A stretch of 64,000 nt of DNA, from the NCBI GenBank assembly GCA_964473825.1, contig CAYYQL010000002.1:32001-96000 (forward strand). The letters run 5' to 3'. The notes under the pieces were generated by a model that saw nothing but the letters and a program-made list of their open reading frames with translations, was not told the DNA's origin and searched no databases. Each line of letters begins with the position of its first letter. The first letter of the stretch is position 1. Position numbers and translations under genes: made by a program. This document shows, one piece after another, positions 40,801 through 50,111 of this stretch. This DNA comes from an uncultured archaeon (GTDB lineage: Archaea; Asgardarchaeota; Thorarchaeia; Thorarchaeales; Thorarchaeaceae).

Positions 40801-42541
40801 CCTCTACGGGAAGAGTGAACTGATCTTTCTTGATAGTCCCACTGCGCGCAGGAGGGAGATCAGACGGTTACGAGATGCGGCGTGGTTTCTGAAACGCCTG
40901 TTCCCTGTGCATGACGACATGCATGGCCTGTGTGGACAGGTGTATTCACTCTGTGAAGACGCCCTAGATAATCCTGATGAGCCTGATAGATATGTTGGCG
41001 TACTTCTCCAAGTCAGAGACCTCATCATCCGTCATCCCAGCCGAGCTCGGGCTTGGCAATTGATTGAGCCGTATCGCGAGTTGGTAGGGGAGGTTCTCGG
41101 TGCGGAGAATCGTCTGCTCCTTGCCGATATCCGCCGTGAGAATCCAGATATCCTTTCCCTATATGGGAACAATCTCCTCATGGGAATCATGGCTGCATTG
41201 GCTAAGACGGTTCGTGATGAGGGGCACTCGGCTGCGATTTCCCTCTGGGAATCTGTGGTTGAATGGCTACCGTATCAGATGGGATTCGCCCCGGTTCAGG
41301 CATCTCAGGAGAGAATCCAGTCAGTGTACGACTTTCAGACGATCTTCGCAAATCTCCTCTCGCGTGCGGGATACCTTACAATGAAAGACCCCCAAGTGGA
41401 AGACCATATGGACGAGATAGCCTTGCTGCCCGCCATCTATAGGCCAGGGCTTCTAGTGGGCAAAGAAGACCATCTTTGGTTCCTCTTCGAACGCCCAGAC
41501 GGTCAAGCTGTCTGTGGTCTTATGAGAGAAAGACAGGAGAGGTTACGTTTGGGATTCCAGTGGTGTTCGAGCAATCCAGCAGAACTCAGTGATAGTGCAC
41601 AAGAGCTGCTTGACGCATCTTGCCTTTGGATCGAAGAGTCACTAGCCGTGACCAATGTAGGCGGTCAAGAGATTCTATGGGGATGGAGTCATGATGAAGA
41701 TGAATGGGGGCTCGTTGGCAGACTTGACTACGGAAGCCACCAAGATTCAGAGGGGGTCCCCTCTCTCTTGTGGGTTCGGCTCTCCCCTCTTTCTATGAAA
41801 ACGACACTTAATCTAGAAGAGTGCCCCATTGGAGCACCCATACACAGTCTTGAGAGATTTCATCCAGTGCTGGAGAGGCTTGCGGGGCAACAGCATAGAG
41901 TGATATCTGTCACATGTGAGGTGACCGTGGACTTGAGCCAAGAAACCTATGTTGTCAGGTGCAAATCATCACGGGAGCTGTATCACGAGTTCCTAACTCC
42001 GCGAACCAAGGAGGTTGTGGCTTTTCTTCGGTCAACTGCCCTCAATGGGCGCAGTGTCACTAACGAAGAGGGCGCAATCCTGACATGGGACCACCTCACT
42101 GATATTGAATATGGGTATGCTGGAAGCGGAGAGGAATGGTTCAGCCTCTCATTTCTGAAACCGCTGGTGCACCGCAGTCGTTTCTTCGAGAGCTATGCCT
42201 ATCCGGAGAATGCGGAACATCTTCTCTCTGCACAAATGGGTCCCCCCGTGACCATGCACATCTGTTATGATAAGGGAATCATGGTTATGCATCGGTTCCT
42301 ACATCCTGTACTTACTGTCAGGTTAGATGGTCTGCCCGAGAATTCACATCTGAAGAAACTTGAGGGGGAAAGAATGAACATCTATGACGTGGCCTTGCTT
42401 GCAGAATTGGAGCAGTTGATAGATATTTCAACAGGATCAATCCATCCTCTAGAGTTTGATGTGACTGCAATCACTAGCGTAGGATTGCCCGTGAAACTTG
42501 AAACCAGTCGCCTTGCCAACCTTCTTCTGTATAGAAGGTGA
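37874..42541 (+). CDS. 1555-aa protein with PD-(D/E)XK nuclease domain and possible degenerate RecA/KaiC-like domain
   Basis: AEVPI...GKADLVLF...ILELKT...EQLALY; later SSATSGGN...VWWLD...VIIIDGW. Confidence 0.65.
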   Translation: MSRLGSSGKPSQILAQSVMTGLAALVRLAQARGNSQTQKYVNSMTEVWTSAKKELKENQVLSPHDFSSVQNIEHLLRQRWLDIIWHSTKRYGNREFKRIYSWREGSVGPLNGLLNYAGARLRDLATTHYSFPDPQHYLILQYSDGIKTVVPQSAISEDVPKDVAKKYWRVGYSGDSKSPRFLLSHPTLPELDFVDMIRGHVQELCRQLFIYNVPRNEAHRYIRLLVHRLKPFLDWFYSQGEIGRKDFYPDGDRELRDIVLEVRAVYGRRAGRRERLSDQLEWKDTAPLTVEFLKAHAESLCNGSTSEEIRDACDKILGYINSEYITEPDLQKLEDQISAISQREGNDWHRVLLSVFHHPRSLKSVLFAGDSMLERPTDRQFFAEVPIRSNTGHGKADLVLFVRRSVGQRMVWTPVMILELKTKTAFDYNLYWMRPRTKKNYSVPVLHGWKTRLTPKDWSTISTSLPIKRTREQLALYEKILLREYRQLVPQDAFAPRELWKGVVIVDTAESYGSILDALEGMLSSLQADPAGFVSTMGWTSHRFKKSGGGDRIALLKSPCSGPVGVLREAVMADKIKLDDPFEHRIADERTLTQYISVSSATSGGNAAAWHAKNWHLLHHIDEVVEQCPSTASVWWLDLLGSLPEHLRKRRFGLDDKSSDLLENITFLNLSNEVESFLKRKSNIVQSLTTIPGPDKTEHVIIIDGWADLNRMTPTLQKERLLALEYAILDTLPDRNVNIIWVDSGVKGTRMNETYQRPCLDVLPYDSPRRFQLDEVIWNIPTAPRVFGWQTPYADEKRIIVQDTPTSAPPWTTMIEVPILRKWARKFRGGPKRDKIVAEEVIMEELVTTQSMYGRNIVLGDIQGTISYLTEQTVQDLQAEAMTVSPALLRPRDEESIALVAEPESKKHSFSSRLVEKAEGTSLRERLHLCPIHPPPSPKRATEAKMYANPLGIPRHWYHKTERETEAEKHYTRKPPLYGKSELIFLDSPTARRREIRRLRDAAWFLKRLFPVHDDMHGLCGQVYSLCEDALDNPDEPDRYVGVLLQVRDLIIRHPSRARAWQLIEPYRELVGEVLGAENRLLLADIRRENPDILSLYGNNLLMGIMAALAKTVRDEGHSAAISLWESVVEWLPYQMGFAPVQASQERIQSVYDFQTIFANLLSRAGYLTMKDPQVEDHMDEIALLPAIYRPGLLVGKEDHLWFLFERPDGQAVCGLMRERQERLRLGFQWCSSNPAELSDSAQELLDASCLWIEESLAVTNVGGQEILWGWSHDEDEWGLVGRLDYGSHQDSEGVPSLLWVRLSPLSMKTTLNLEECPIGAPIHSLERFHPVLERLAGQQHRVISVTCEVTVDLSQETYVVRCKSSRELYHEFLTPRTKEVVAFLRSTALNGRSVTNEEGAILTWDHLTDIEYGYAGSGEEWFSLSFLKPLVHRSRFFESYAYPENAEHLLSAQMGPPVTMHICYDKGIMVMHRFLHPVLTVRLDGLPENSHLKKLEGERMNIYDVALLAELEQLIDISTGSIHPLEFDVTAITSVGLPVKLETSRLANLLLYRR

Positions 42542-42926
42542 GATTCCTGTTGCTGGAATATTGGAGTCGGACTTACCCGTCCGTTTCGCCTATCTCATCA
42601 ATGAACGAGTAATGTGGATTGTTTGCCCAGAAGCGTACCTCTCAACTTCATGTGGCCAATGATGGTTCTCGATATATGCTTGCCAACATCGAAAGAAAGG
42701 TTATCAGGAGTGATCTCTTTGCGTGATTGAGATAGCATGTATGGCATGTGCGCTAGGTGGATTGATAGCCGTCATAAGATTGGCGATGTAGTTATTTCGA
42801 TTAGCTCGCGGAATGCCAGACAACTTGCAGACACGTGGCATCTGAAACCCAATGGCTAGCCTAGGATATGATTGGTATGCGGTGGAACCCTCATCAGTTT
42901 GTCTTCTTGTGTGGTTCAAGGGAGGA

Positions 42927-44729
42927 ATGGTTATGAAAGGAACAGAAGAAGTGTTTCGCCAGCGCCAGTACTTCGAGTTTGTTGCTCATATGAAATGGGG
43001 CTGGGAATTCCAGCATCTCTTCGAGCGGTTGATGATGAGAACTGAACCCGGCTTTATCCCAGTTAGACCACAGGGACGCTTAGGCGATTGGAAATGCGAT
43101 GGATACTCACATCGGACAAGTCGTTTCTTTCAAGTATATGCCCCAAGATTCACCAAGTCAAAGGTAGCCGTACAAAAAGCAGAAGAAGACCTTGTTTATG
43201 TACTCGAAAACTGGCCTGAAGATACAGCTCCATTACGCGAGTGGATTTTTGTATACGGCCATCATGATGTATATCCTGCTCTACGTACAGAGATTCTCAA
43301 GATTGCCCAGAATCGTGGTATCAAAATCATCGAGTGGAACCTACAAGATATTTGGAACAAGTTTCTGGAACTGAGTCGAGATAGTCGTCTAGCGGTACTA
43401 CAGATGCCCGGAGAATGGCTCACCGATGATAGTAGAAAGCTCGACCAGATACTTTCTAGATTGCCAGAAGCCCAAGGAAAAGAAAGCCAAGAAAAGAAGT
43501 CTTGGACATCTGTCCCCATACAAAGCACGCCGTCATACAGGGTGACCATAGATGAAACAAAGGGAGTTGATGGCACATTATGGTTTTTGTTCGAAATGGG
43601 GATCGAGGTGAAAGAATTCCTGGTTGAATCTTTGGACAAAATTCATCGGGAATTCAATGAATTATGCTCTTGGGGGAGAAATAAGAGCTTCCAGTGGCTT
43701 CACCGATCCAATGAAACCCTCTTGAAGGGGCATTACTGGCGTGATGATATTGGGTTTCTAACCACAACTCACATCAGAAAGCTGTCCAGTGCATCCTTTG
43801 AGCTGAGTTGTTCTCTTTCTAGAGCATTGGATGGTCACTGGCTATCGCAGTCACTTGTCGGGCTTCTTGGTAAGACCCCTGTTTTCCCTCTTGAGGAGAA
43901 TACGATAGTAGATGGCGGGAGAATTCTCATCAAAGATCCAAAGAAACCCCATCTAACGATTTTGGTGAATCTGAAAGACCTCTATGCTGGGATGATTGCC
44001 AATCCGAAGTACGAAATCAATTTTCAATCAACAGATGCATCTATAACTGAGTATTGTACATCCTCAGGTCAGAGGGTATTATCCTTCCATATTCGTTCTA
44101 ATCTAGGCAGTTTTGAAAGAATCGCTCAGATAATAGGGCCTAATGTAATTCAGCCAAGTGAAACGACTTCTTCAGATGTTAGAGCTTTCGACGTAGGTTG
44201 GAACGGAGACGGTCTTGAGATTCGGATATGGATTAACGCAGCGGAACCTGATGGATGTATTCAAGACTGCACATGTTGTCCCCTATTCTTGAAGGGCTGT
44301 AACAACGCCCATTATTGGCAATCGGTAAATCTTAAACACCTCACAGAGGAGCTCGAGTATGCATCTGTGTTTCTGCCGGCTGATTCTGAGGCGGAGCTAT
44401 TAGAGTTGGTTCGAGAAGAGATGAGTGACACCTTGCGAGTCATCTTAGGCAAGAAGGAAAGGGAAAAAGTTTCATCGCTGTTCAGACAGATAGCAGATGC
44501 TCGCGCGAAATTGAATGAACAGTTCTCGAAATTGCTAGATTACTGCCGACGAATACACCTGATGACCCCAAGAGAGCGCCGAAATGTATCTGATCTTGCA
44601 CGGGTTGTAAGGCATCGAATAGAGCGAGGCGGCAAGTTAGCAGATCCTCGCGTTATTGGTGCGAACCCAAAGTACATGGATTTGGAAACGTTTGATTGTC
44701 TAATGGAGGACTACGGCGTCGTTTTCTAG
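42927..44729 (+). CDS. Protein with N-terminal restriction endonuclease-like domain (Cap4/ABC-3C-like); possibly truncated by a TAG
   Basis: FQHLFERLM...QGRLGDWKCDGY...FFQVYAP; frame stays open 91 codons past the TAG, to 45005. Confidence 0.6.
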   Translation: MVMKGTEEVFRQRQYFEFVAHMKWGWEFQHLFERLMMRTEPGFIPVRPQGRLGDWKCDGYSHRTSRFFQVYAPRFTKSKVAVQKAEEDLVYVLENWPEDTAPLREWIFVYGHHDVYPALRTEILKIAQNRGIKIIEWNLQDIWNKFLELSRDSRLAVLQMPGEWLTDDSRKLDQILSRLPEAQGKESQEKKSWTSVPIQSTPSYRVTIDETKGVDGTLWFLFEMGIEVKEFLVESLDKIHREFNELCSWGRNKSFQWLHRSNETLLKGHYWRDDIGFLTTTHIRKLSSASFELSCSLSRALDGHWLSQSLVGLLGKTPVFPLEENTIVDGGRILIKDPKKPHLTILVNLKDLYAGMIANPKYEINFQSTDASITEYCTSSGQRVLSFHIRSNLGSFERIAQIIGPNVIQPSETTSSDVRAFDVGWNGDGLEIRIWINAAEPDGCIQDCTCCPLFLKGCNNAHYWQSVNLKHLTEELEYASVFLPADSEAELLELVREEMSDTLRVILGKKEREKVSSLFRQIADARAKLNEQFSKLLDYCRRIHLMTPRERRNVSDLARVVRHRIERGGKLADPRVIGANPKYMDLETFDCLMEDYGVVF

Positions 44730-45024
44730 GCGATTTGCTCAGACACTGATGGAGTTCTGCAACTGTTTCGAGGAAGACCATTCAAGGAAAATCGGGAATA
44801 TCTGAACTCCCTCCTTCCCTCCATTGCGGAAATAAAGGACCAGTATCTTGGACATTCCACAGAGCTATCGTACATTACAAGTTGTACGCCAGAGATAGTA
44901 GATTACGACTCGCTGGGCGTTGATTTTCTACTGGCAAATTCGTTGGGCCTCATGAAGAGTGGAGGCAAGATAGACAATTCCTCTTGGACTTTCGACAGAG
45001 ATTAAAGTGGTTGGGTTCAGATAA

Positions 45025-46638
45025 ATGTCGGAATGCCAGAAGAAATTCTTCTTTCAGATCATGTGGGGAGTAGTAATGACGAAATCCCAGTTCATTGTAG
45101 AATATACACATCCACGGTTTGCAGCAATCATGCCAGCGGAACAAATCTTGACAGTTGGAGATTTGGATGGCGATTTATGGCACTTCTCTGATGGCGATAT
45201 AACAACGGCAACTTTCTCCGATTTAGTACCTCCAGGTTCGGAACAAGGCTACGTTGGCTCGCTGTCTATCAGCCTTGTAGGTCTTGAGGTTCCAGAGATT
45301 GTGTATGAGTCTACTCGGCGCATAGATGTAACCGATATTGGCAGCTATCTGTTGCCTCTTCCTACAGCGAAACTGAGAGCAGAAGTCACTCTTGTGGATT
45401 TGGACAAGAGAGTCCTCGAAACCCTTAGATGGTATAGAACTGTCGCATCTGAGAACGGGATTGGCGCGCCACAGGCATCTATTGATGAGATGATTGAGAA
45501 ACTAAAAGAATGCTTCATAGAAGACCCATCTCGATTGCCTGAGATGCTGTCAGAGTATCAGCAAAGCGAAAGGCGTTTCAGGTTCCTTGCGAGGAAAGCA
45601 CGGGAAGACCCAACATCACAAGCAGTCGATGCTTTGCTGATTGAAAGACCTCTAGATCCCCTCGGTATGGGTAGCCAGATTGTTAGGGAATTGCCCGGGA
45701 TTATAGAAGCTTTGGATCCTCAGTCTCAACAAGAAGCGATAGATATGCTGGATGATTTGAAGAGAAGAATCCTGTCAACATCAATTCAGAAGCCTGACAA
45801 TTCAGAAGAATACGATGTTGCATTGCGACTGAGAGAAAGCCTCCGGATTCAAAAAGCGCTGCGAAAGTTTGAAGACGAAAGTACGAGACTGCCTAACAAC
45901 GTTGACCCGGATGCAACAAAGCAGTTTGCATTTGATTTCTTTCATCTACTAATGCATTACTGGAATAACGCAATCAGATATCTCAAGTACGAGAAGTCAC
46001 AGCATTGGATGAGGGAGTATCCAGAGTATGCAGCCGGTCTTTTCTATGTCAGAAATCGTGTTTCACTGGACGGCGAACACATTCTCCCGCATGTAACAGC
46101 TCACGTTAGGCAGGAGGTCCTTCGTCATAATCTGATCCAGAGAAGAGAATGGAAGGAAATCGTCCAAGCAACAAGTGACGCAGCACGCCTTGAGAGATAC
46201 ATGCTAGACTGGACGGTTGAGGGTATCCTCTCCCAGGCCCTCTCACATCTCACAAAAGGAGAGCTTCTTCCGCCGATTGTATTGGGGGGAGTTGCTCTAG
46301 AGGAGGCGATGACCAGAGCGCTGTTTCACGTGAATCCCGACGATTATGACAAGAGGGGATTGGGTCTGAAGATAAAGGACGTCCATAGAATGATAGGACG
46401 CGAAGCTCTTGGGTATGAGAAGAGTCAGTGGAAGAAGGACTGGAATCTCCTAAACAAGGGCTCAAAGGAGGAGGGGACGGGATTGGTTCAGATCAGGACC
46501 AGACTGCAACACCCCCAGATTGGATTAGAGAAGAACATCCCTTCAAGGAAAGATGTTGCTGAAATGATTCTGGCTTGCCAACGAATGTGCAATGCTTTAC
46601 TCAAATACGATCGTCACAGGTGTAGCGAACTTGCCTAG
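45025..46638 (+). CDS. Protein with C-terminal HEPN-like domain
   Basis: GGVALEEAM helix and R-x4-H motif IRTRLQHP near the C-terminus. Confidence 0.55.
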   Translation: MSECQKKFFFQIMWGVVMTKSQFIVEYTHPRFAAIMPAEQILTVGDLDGDLWHFSDGDITTATFSDLVPPGSEQGYVGSLSISLVGLEVPEIVYESTRRIDVTDIGSYLLPLPTAKLRAEVTLVDLDKRVLETLRWYRTVASENGIGAPQASIDEMIEKLKECFIEDPSRLPEMLSEYQQSERRFRFLARKAREDPTSQAVDALLIERPLDPLGMGSQIVRELPGIIEALDPQSQQEAIDMLDDLKRRILSTSIQKPDNSEEYDVALRLRESLRIQKALRKFEDESTRLPNNVDPDATKQFAFDFFHLLMHYWNNAIRYLKYEKSQHWMREYPEYAAGLFYVRNRVSLDGEHILPHVTAHVRQEVLRHNLIQRREWKEIVQATSDAARLERYMLDWTVEGILSQALSHLTKGELLPPIVLGGVALEEAMTRALFHVNPDDYDKRGLGLKIKDVHRMIGREALGYEKSQWKKDWNLLNKGSKEEGTGLVQIRTRLQHPQIGLEKNIPSRKDVAEMILACQRMCNALLKYDRHRCSELA

Positions 46639-46857
46639 GAGACCCCTTTGGTCCTTCGGTGTCTTCTAACATAGATGAGATGTGAATCAGGAAACGAGTT
46701 TGTTCCTGTTGAAATATTCTACATGCTGATCGCAGGCGATAGATAGAAATCAGTGTAACTATTCATATTCGTTTGAGTAGGAAGGGGATGTCAGAACAAA
46801 CGAAACAGAATCTCAAGCGACTGCTAAGAACCATAGAGAATCGAATCGTTTAGAGAT

Positions 46858-48075
46858 GTGCAAGTTTCACTTGCGGTTTTTACCCCAAGAGAAGAGGATC
46901 CGCAATTTGTCTATTCAATAGTACGATTCCTCAATCACGATGAACCTCATAGGAACGAGCTATACGACTGGGATAGATTCAAAGTAATTCACACTGTCAT
47001 CAGCACCGACGATGCAAAGAACCTGATTGAGCGATTATTCAATGAAAACGTCTTTGTCTTGAGAGATCGGGATTCCACGGAAGAACGAATGCTAATTCCC
47101 ATGGAATGCAATCTTCATGATATTCGTGATGTTGGAAGTCAAGAAAGCTATGGCTATGCGAAACACGATTGGCCGTCACTCTTTGCAATAGCTGATGCTC
47201 GAAACGAACCCTCTGGAGAGATATGGCATTCCTATCTATGTGCCATTGGACAGCCTCTGTTTCCGAGTGTGCAAGAGGGAGTCAGAACACTCTTTGGTTT
47301 CAGTGTTGACGAGAAATGGGGAATCAGAAGTAGGTTGGAAGTAGTCGTACCGGACTTCCGGGCGAGAATCAGGAACTTCGTGATTGAGGGCATAAGAGTA
47401 CGAATCGAAGTAGATGTAGAAAGACTGACGCTTGAAGATGTCCGGCTCAAATTATACAGCAAAGGCCGTAAGAAGCGATTCAATTCTGACGACATCAGAC
47501 TAACCGGCAACATTCACACTTGTACACTTGATGAGGAACCCGTGATGCTTGAGGCGTGTATACTATCTGTAGTTGACGGCAGTCTTGTTGATAGAGTGAG
47601 TTATGATAGGCGATACCCTTCAGGGATCACACCCCTCAGAATGTATGACACTCGTATGGCTCTAGGTCTAATCTCTGAAGGTGAGAATAGACATGTAGAG
47701 TTCAAAGAGAAACTGAATACCCAAAACCCCTATGAGTTTCTTGAGAGTGTTGTGGCATTTGCCAACACCAAAGGGGGGCAAATTCTTTTGGGCGTTAACG
47801 ATAGAGGTGAAGTGAGAGGCATAAGAAAGGACTACTCGGAAACCATAATCAATCTGATTCATTCCCATATGAATCCCCCCATCGAACCGAACATTCAGCA
47901 CGGAATAGTCATAGAGGGGCGGGAGATAACAATCGTTGAAATCCCGGAGGGCGGTGCAAAGCCCTATTGGCTCAAGAATCATGGATCTTATGTCAGAAGA
48001 GGGGCTACTGACAAACCCATTTCGAGAACCGAAGCAGAGCAATTATTCAAGAATCGAGCTGGAATAGACTTCTAG
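46858..48075 (+). CDS. Protein with C-terminal Schlafen/AlbA_2 domain
   Basis: GENRHVEFKE, VAFANTKGGQILLGVND, YVRRGATD; true start may be 46788 with a frameshift near 46845. Confidence 0.85.
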   Translation: MQVSLAVFTPREEDPQFVYSIVRFLNHDEPHRNELYDWDRFKVIHTVISTDDAKNLIERLFNENVFVLRDRDSTEERMLIPMECNLHDIRDVGSQESYGYAKHDWPSLFAIADARNEPSGEIWHSYLCAIGQPLFPSVQEGVRTLFGFSVDEKWGIRSRLEVVVPDFRARIRNFVIEGIRVRIEVDVERLTLEDVRLKLYSKGRKKRFNSDDIRLTGNIHTCTLDEEPVMLEACILSVVDGSLVDRVSYDRRYPSGITPLRMYDTRMALGLISEGENRHVEFKEKLNTQNPYEFLESVVAFANTKGGQILLGVNDRGEVRGIRKDYSETIINLIHSHMNPPIEPNIQHGIVIEGREITIVEIPEGGAKPYWLKNHGSYVRRGATDKPISRTEAEQLFKNRAGIDF

Positions 48076-48167
48076 TTCCATCTATGACTTTGGATATGAT
48101 GCCGAATATTCCTATACGCGCTCTGCACCAAAATCTGACTATTGATTTCTTTTGCGTCCCTTTTCTT

Positions 48168-48968
48168 CTAAGGGTGCCAATATCTTGCGCTACACCTTTT
48201 TCTGTAACGGAACGCCCACTTTTGAAGGCCTGAGGGCAATGGTTCAAGTGAGAAGTAGGAATGGTAATAGCTATTGCATATGGTGAAATCGAGAAACTGA
48301 TCGCATGAGGGGCAGCTGATTTCAAGACCGTCACATCGTTGGGACATGTGAGCAGAACTTGCCCGAATGTTGAGAATGGGAATATCGGATTCAATGTAAA
48401 TCTCAGTTCCACAGAAAGGACATTTGCCCACGACTTCAATCCAGCCATAGGGTTCCCAATCTAAAATAGGTCCAGAGGTGTCAGTTTCCGCATCTATCCA
48501 AGGGTTGATTTGTTCATAGACTGCTTCTGCTGTACGAAAGATGGCTTGAAGATCATCATCGCTTTGGAGTCTACTAACGAACCGATCAAGATCACAAATC
48601 ATACCTTCATCCCGATAAATCAGGTCCATCATCGCACTCTTGGCGCATCCTGATTGTTCAGTGGTTACATAGCTCTTTACGAGTTCGAAGTGATCGTAGA
48701 CATCCAAACCCATTTGGTTCCCTCTTCCCTTCAAGTAGCCAAGTTTAGCCATCGCACTTGCCTTATTCTCGAACATGCTCAAACCAAGTATGACTCTATC
48801 GATCTGGCTCCTATCAGATTCATATCCATGAAACTCAAGGAACTGCTGGTAGGCAACAACGCCGTGCTCAAAGGGCCATTGAGCATTCCAGCCTACGTCC
48901 GGAAATGGGAGGGCGACTACTGAGAAATCATTGGAATAGGCATCTGGGAGAATTTGTGCTAGTGCCAT
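48168..48968 (-). CDS. Hypothetical protein with C-terminal zinc ribbon
   Basis: CPFCG and CPSCD pairs. Confidence 0.55.
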   Translation of the reverse strand: MALAQILPDAYSNDFSVVALPFPDVGWNAQWPFEHGVVAYQQFLEFHGYESDRSQIDRVILGLSMFENKASAMAKLGYLKGRGNQMGLDVYDHFELVKSYVTTEQSGCAKSAMMDLIYRDEGMICDLDRFVSRLQSDDDLQAIFRTAEAVYEQINPWIDAETDTSGPILDWEPYGWIEVVGKCPFCGTEIYIESDIPILNIRASSAHMSQRCDGLEISCPSCDQFLDFTICNSYYHSYFSLEPLPSGLQKWAFRYRKRCSARYWHP

Positions 48969-49099
48969 ATGGGGTAGAGTGAATGTGTCTTCTCCGGGAG
49001 AATCGCCCTTGGAAACTTACCTCCCCCCCTTGTGTTCAACTCGTACAACAGCGCATTGATTAGCCGAGTTTGCGTTGAACCGTGAAACGGAGTGGCAAC

Positions 49100-50096
49100 T
49101 ACTTCCCCCACAAAATCTCGATGAAACATCGGTCGTAGTAATCCTCAATTGTGTCGGCCATATCAAAGGTGACCATGTTTTTCAAGCTCAATTTCTTCTC
49201 TTCCGCCTCTCGAAGGGCGACCTTGAGAAAAGTTAGGCTGTTTCCACATTGCTCTTCAATTCCTGAAGCCAGTCAAGGCACTCGTCACCGCTTGACCAAG
49301 GCATATCATGGCTTTGCCTTTGACAATACTTTGTGACTATTCCCTTTGCTGTCTCCTCAAATGCGGTTTCCTCTAGAAGAAAAAACACAATCTCATCTGT
49401 ACATCTCTCTCTGGATGGTCTTCTTCGCCAATCCTCTTCGTCTGCTCTAACACTTGCATTTGTACAACGAGCTATGAAGGGCACATGGATGCCATCTCCA
49501 AACCAATTCTTCTTCTCTGTCAGTAGATGCAGAAACAACTTCGTATCAAAATGCACGTTGTCGATAATTGCCAGTGCTTTTGCCCTTCCGAAAAAAGGCT
49601 CGGAAAGCGATTCGAATACTTGGTGGAGCCTCTGTGCAGGATTAGAATAACCTCCAGAAGCTGCAGCCCAGTAGAATACGAAGCTCCAATCATTCTTTTC
49701 GGTCAGAATACGATAACCAAGATGCTGTGCCAGCGTAGTCTTCCCCAGTCCAAGAAGAAACCTTCTCGGCCCGAGGTGGCTTTCCATTCCTCATTCGTTT
49801 CAAGCCCTATATGTTTCTCCCGAAACTGCGTAAGTAGGGCAGTTTCCTGTTTGAAAAGCATTACTGTCACATGAGAGATTGGCCATAGAGACCTCGATTA
49901 ACCCCTCACCGGCCCACTCGTTCGCCTCTTCTCGCTTTCTGGTTATAGAGATTTCGGAATACTCTCTTTCAAAATCTACAGCATAATCGCGAGAGTTTGT
50001 GTGGACGCCCATGATTAAGAGAACTCTTCGATGACTACAAGATAACACAAGTGAAGGGATTTCAAGGTATTCGGAAAAGACTTTATTGAAACGCAT
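49100..50096 (-). pseudogene. Decayed P-loop (STAND/NACHT-like) ATPase
   Basis: GLGKTTLA (Walker A remnant) and AIIDNVH (Walker B) within fragmented ORFs; boundaries approximate. Confidence 0.5.
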
Positions 50097-50111
50097 CCCT
50101 TAGTAGATGCA

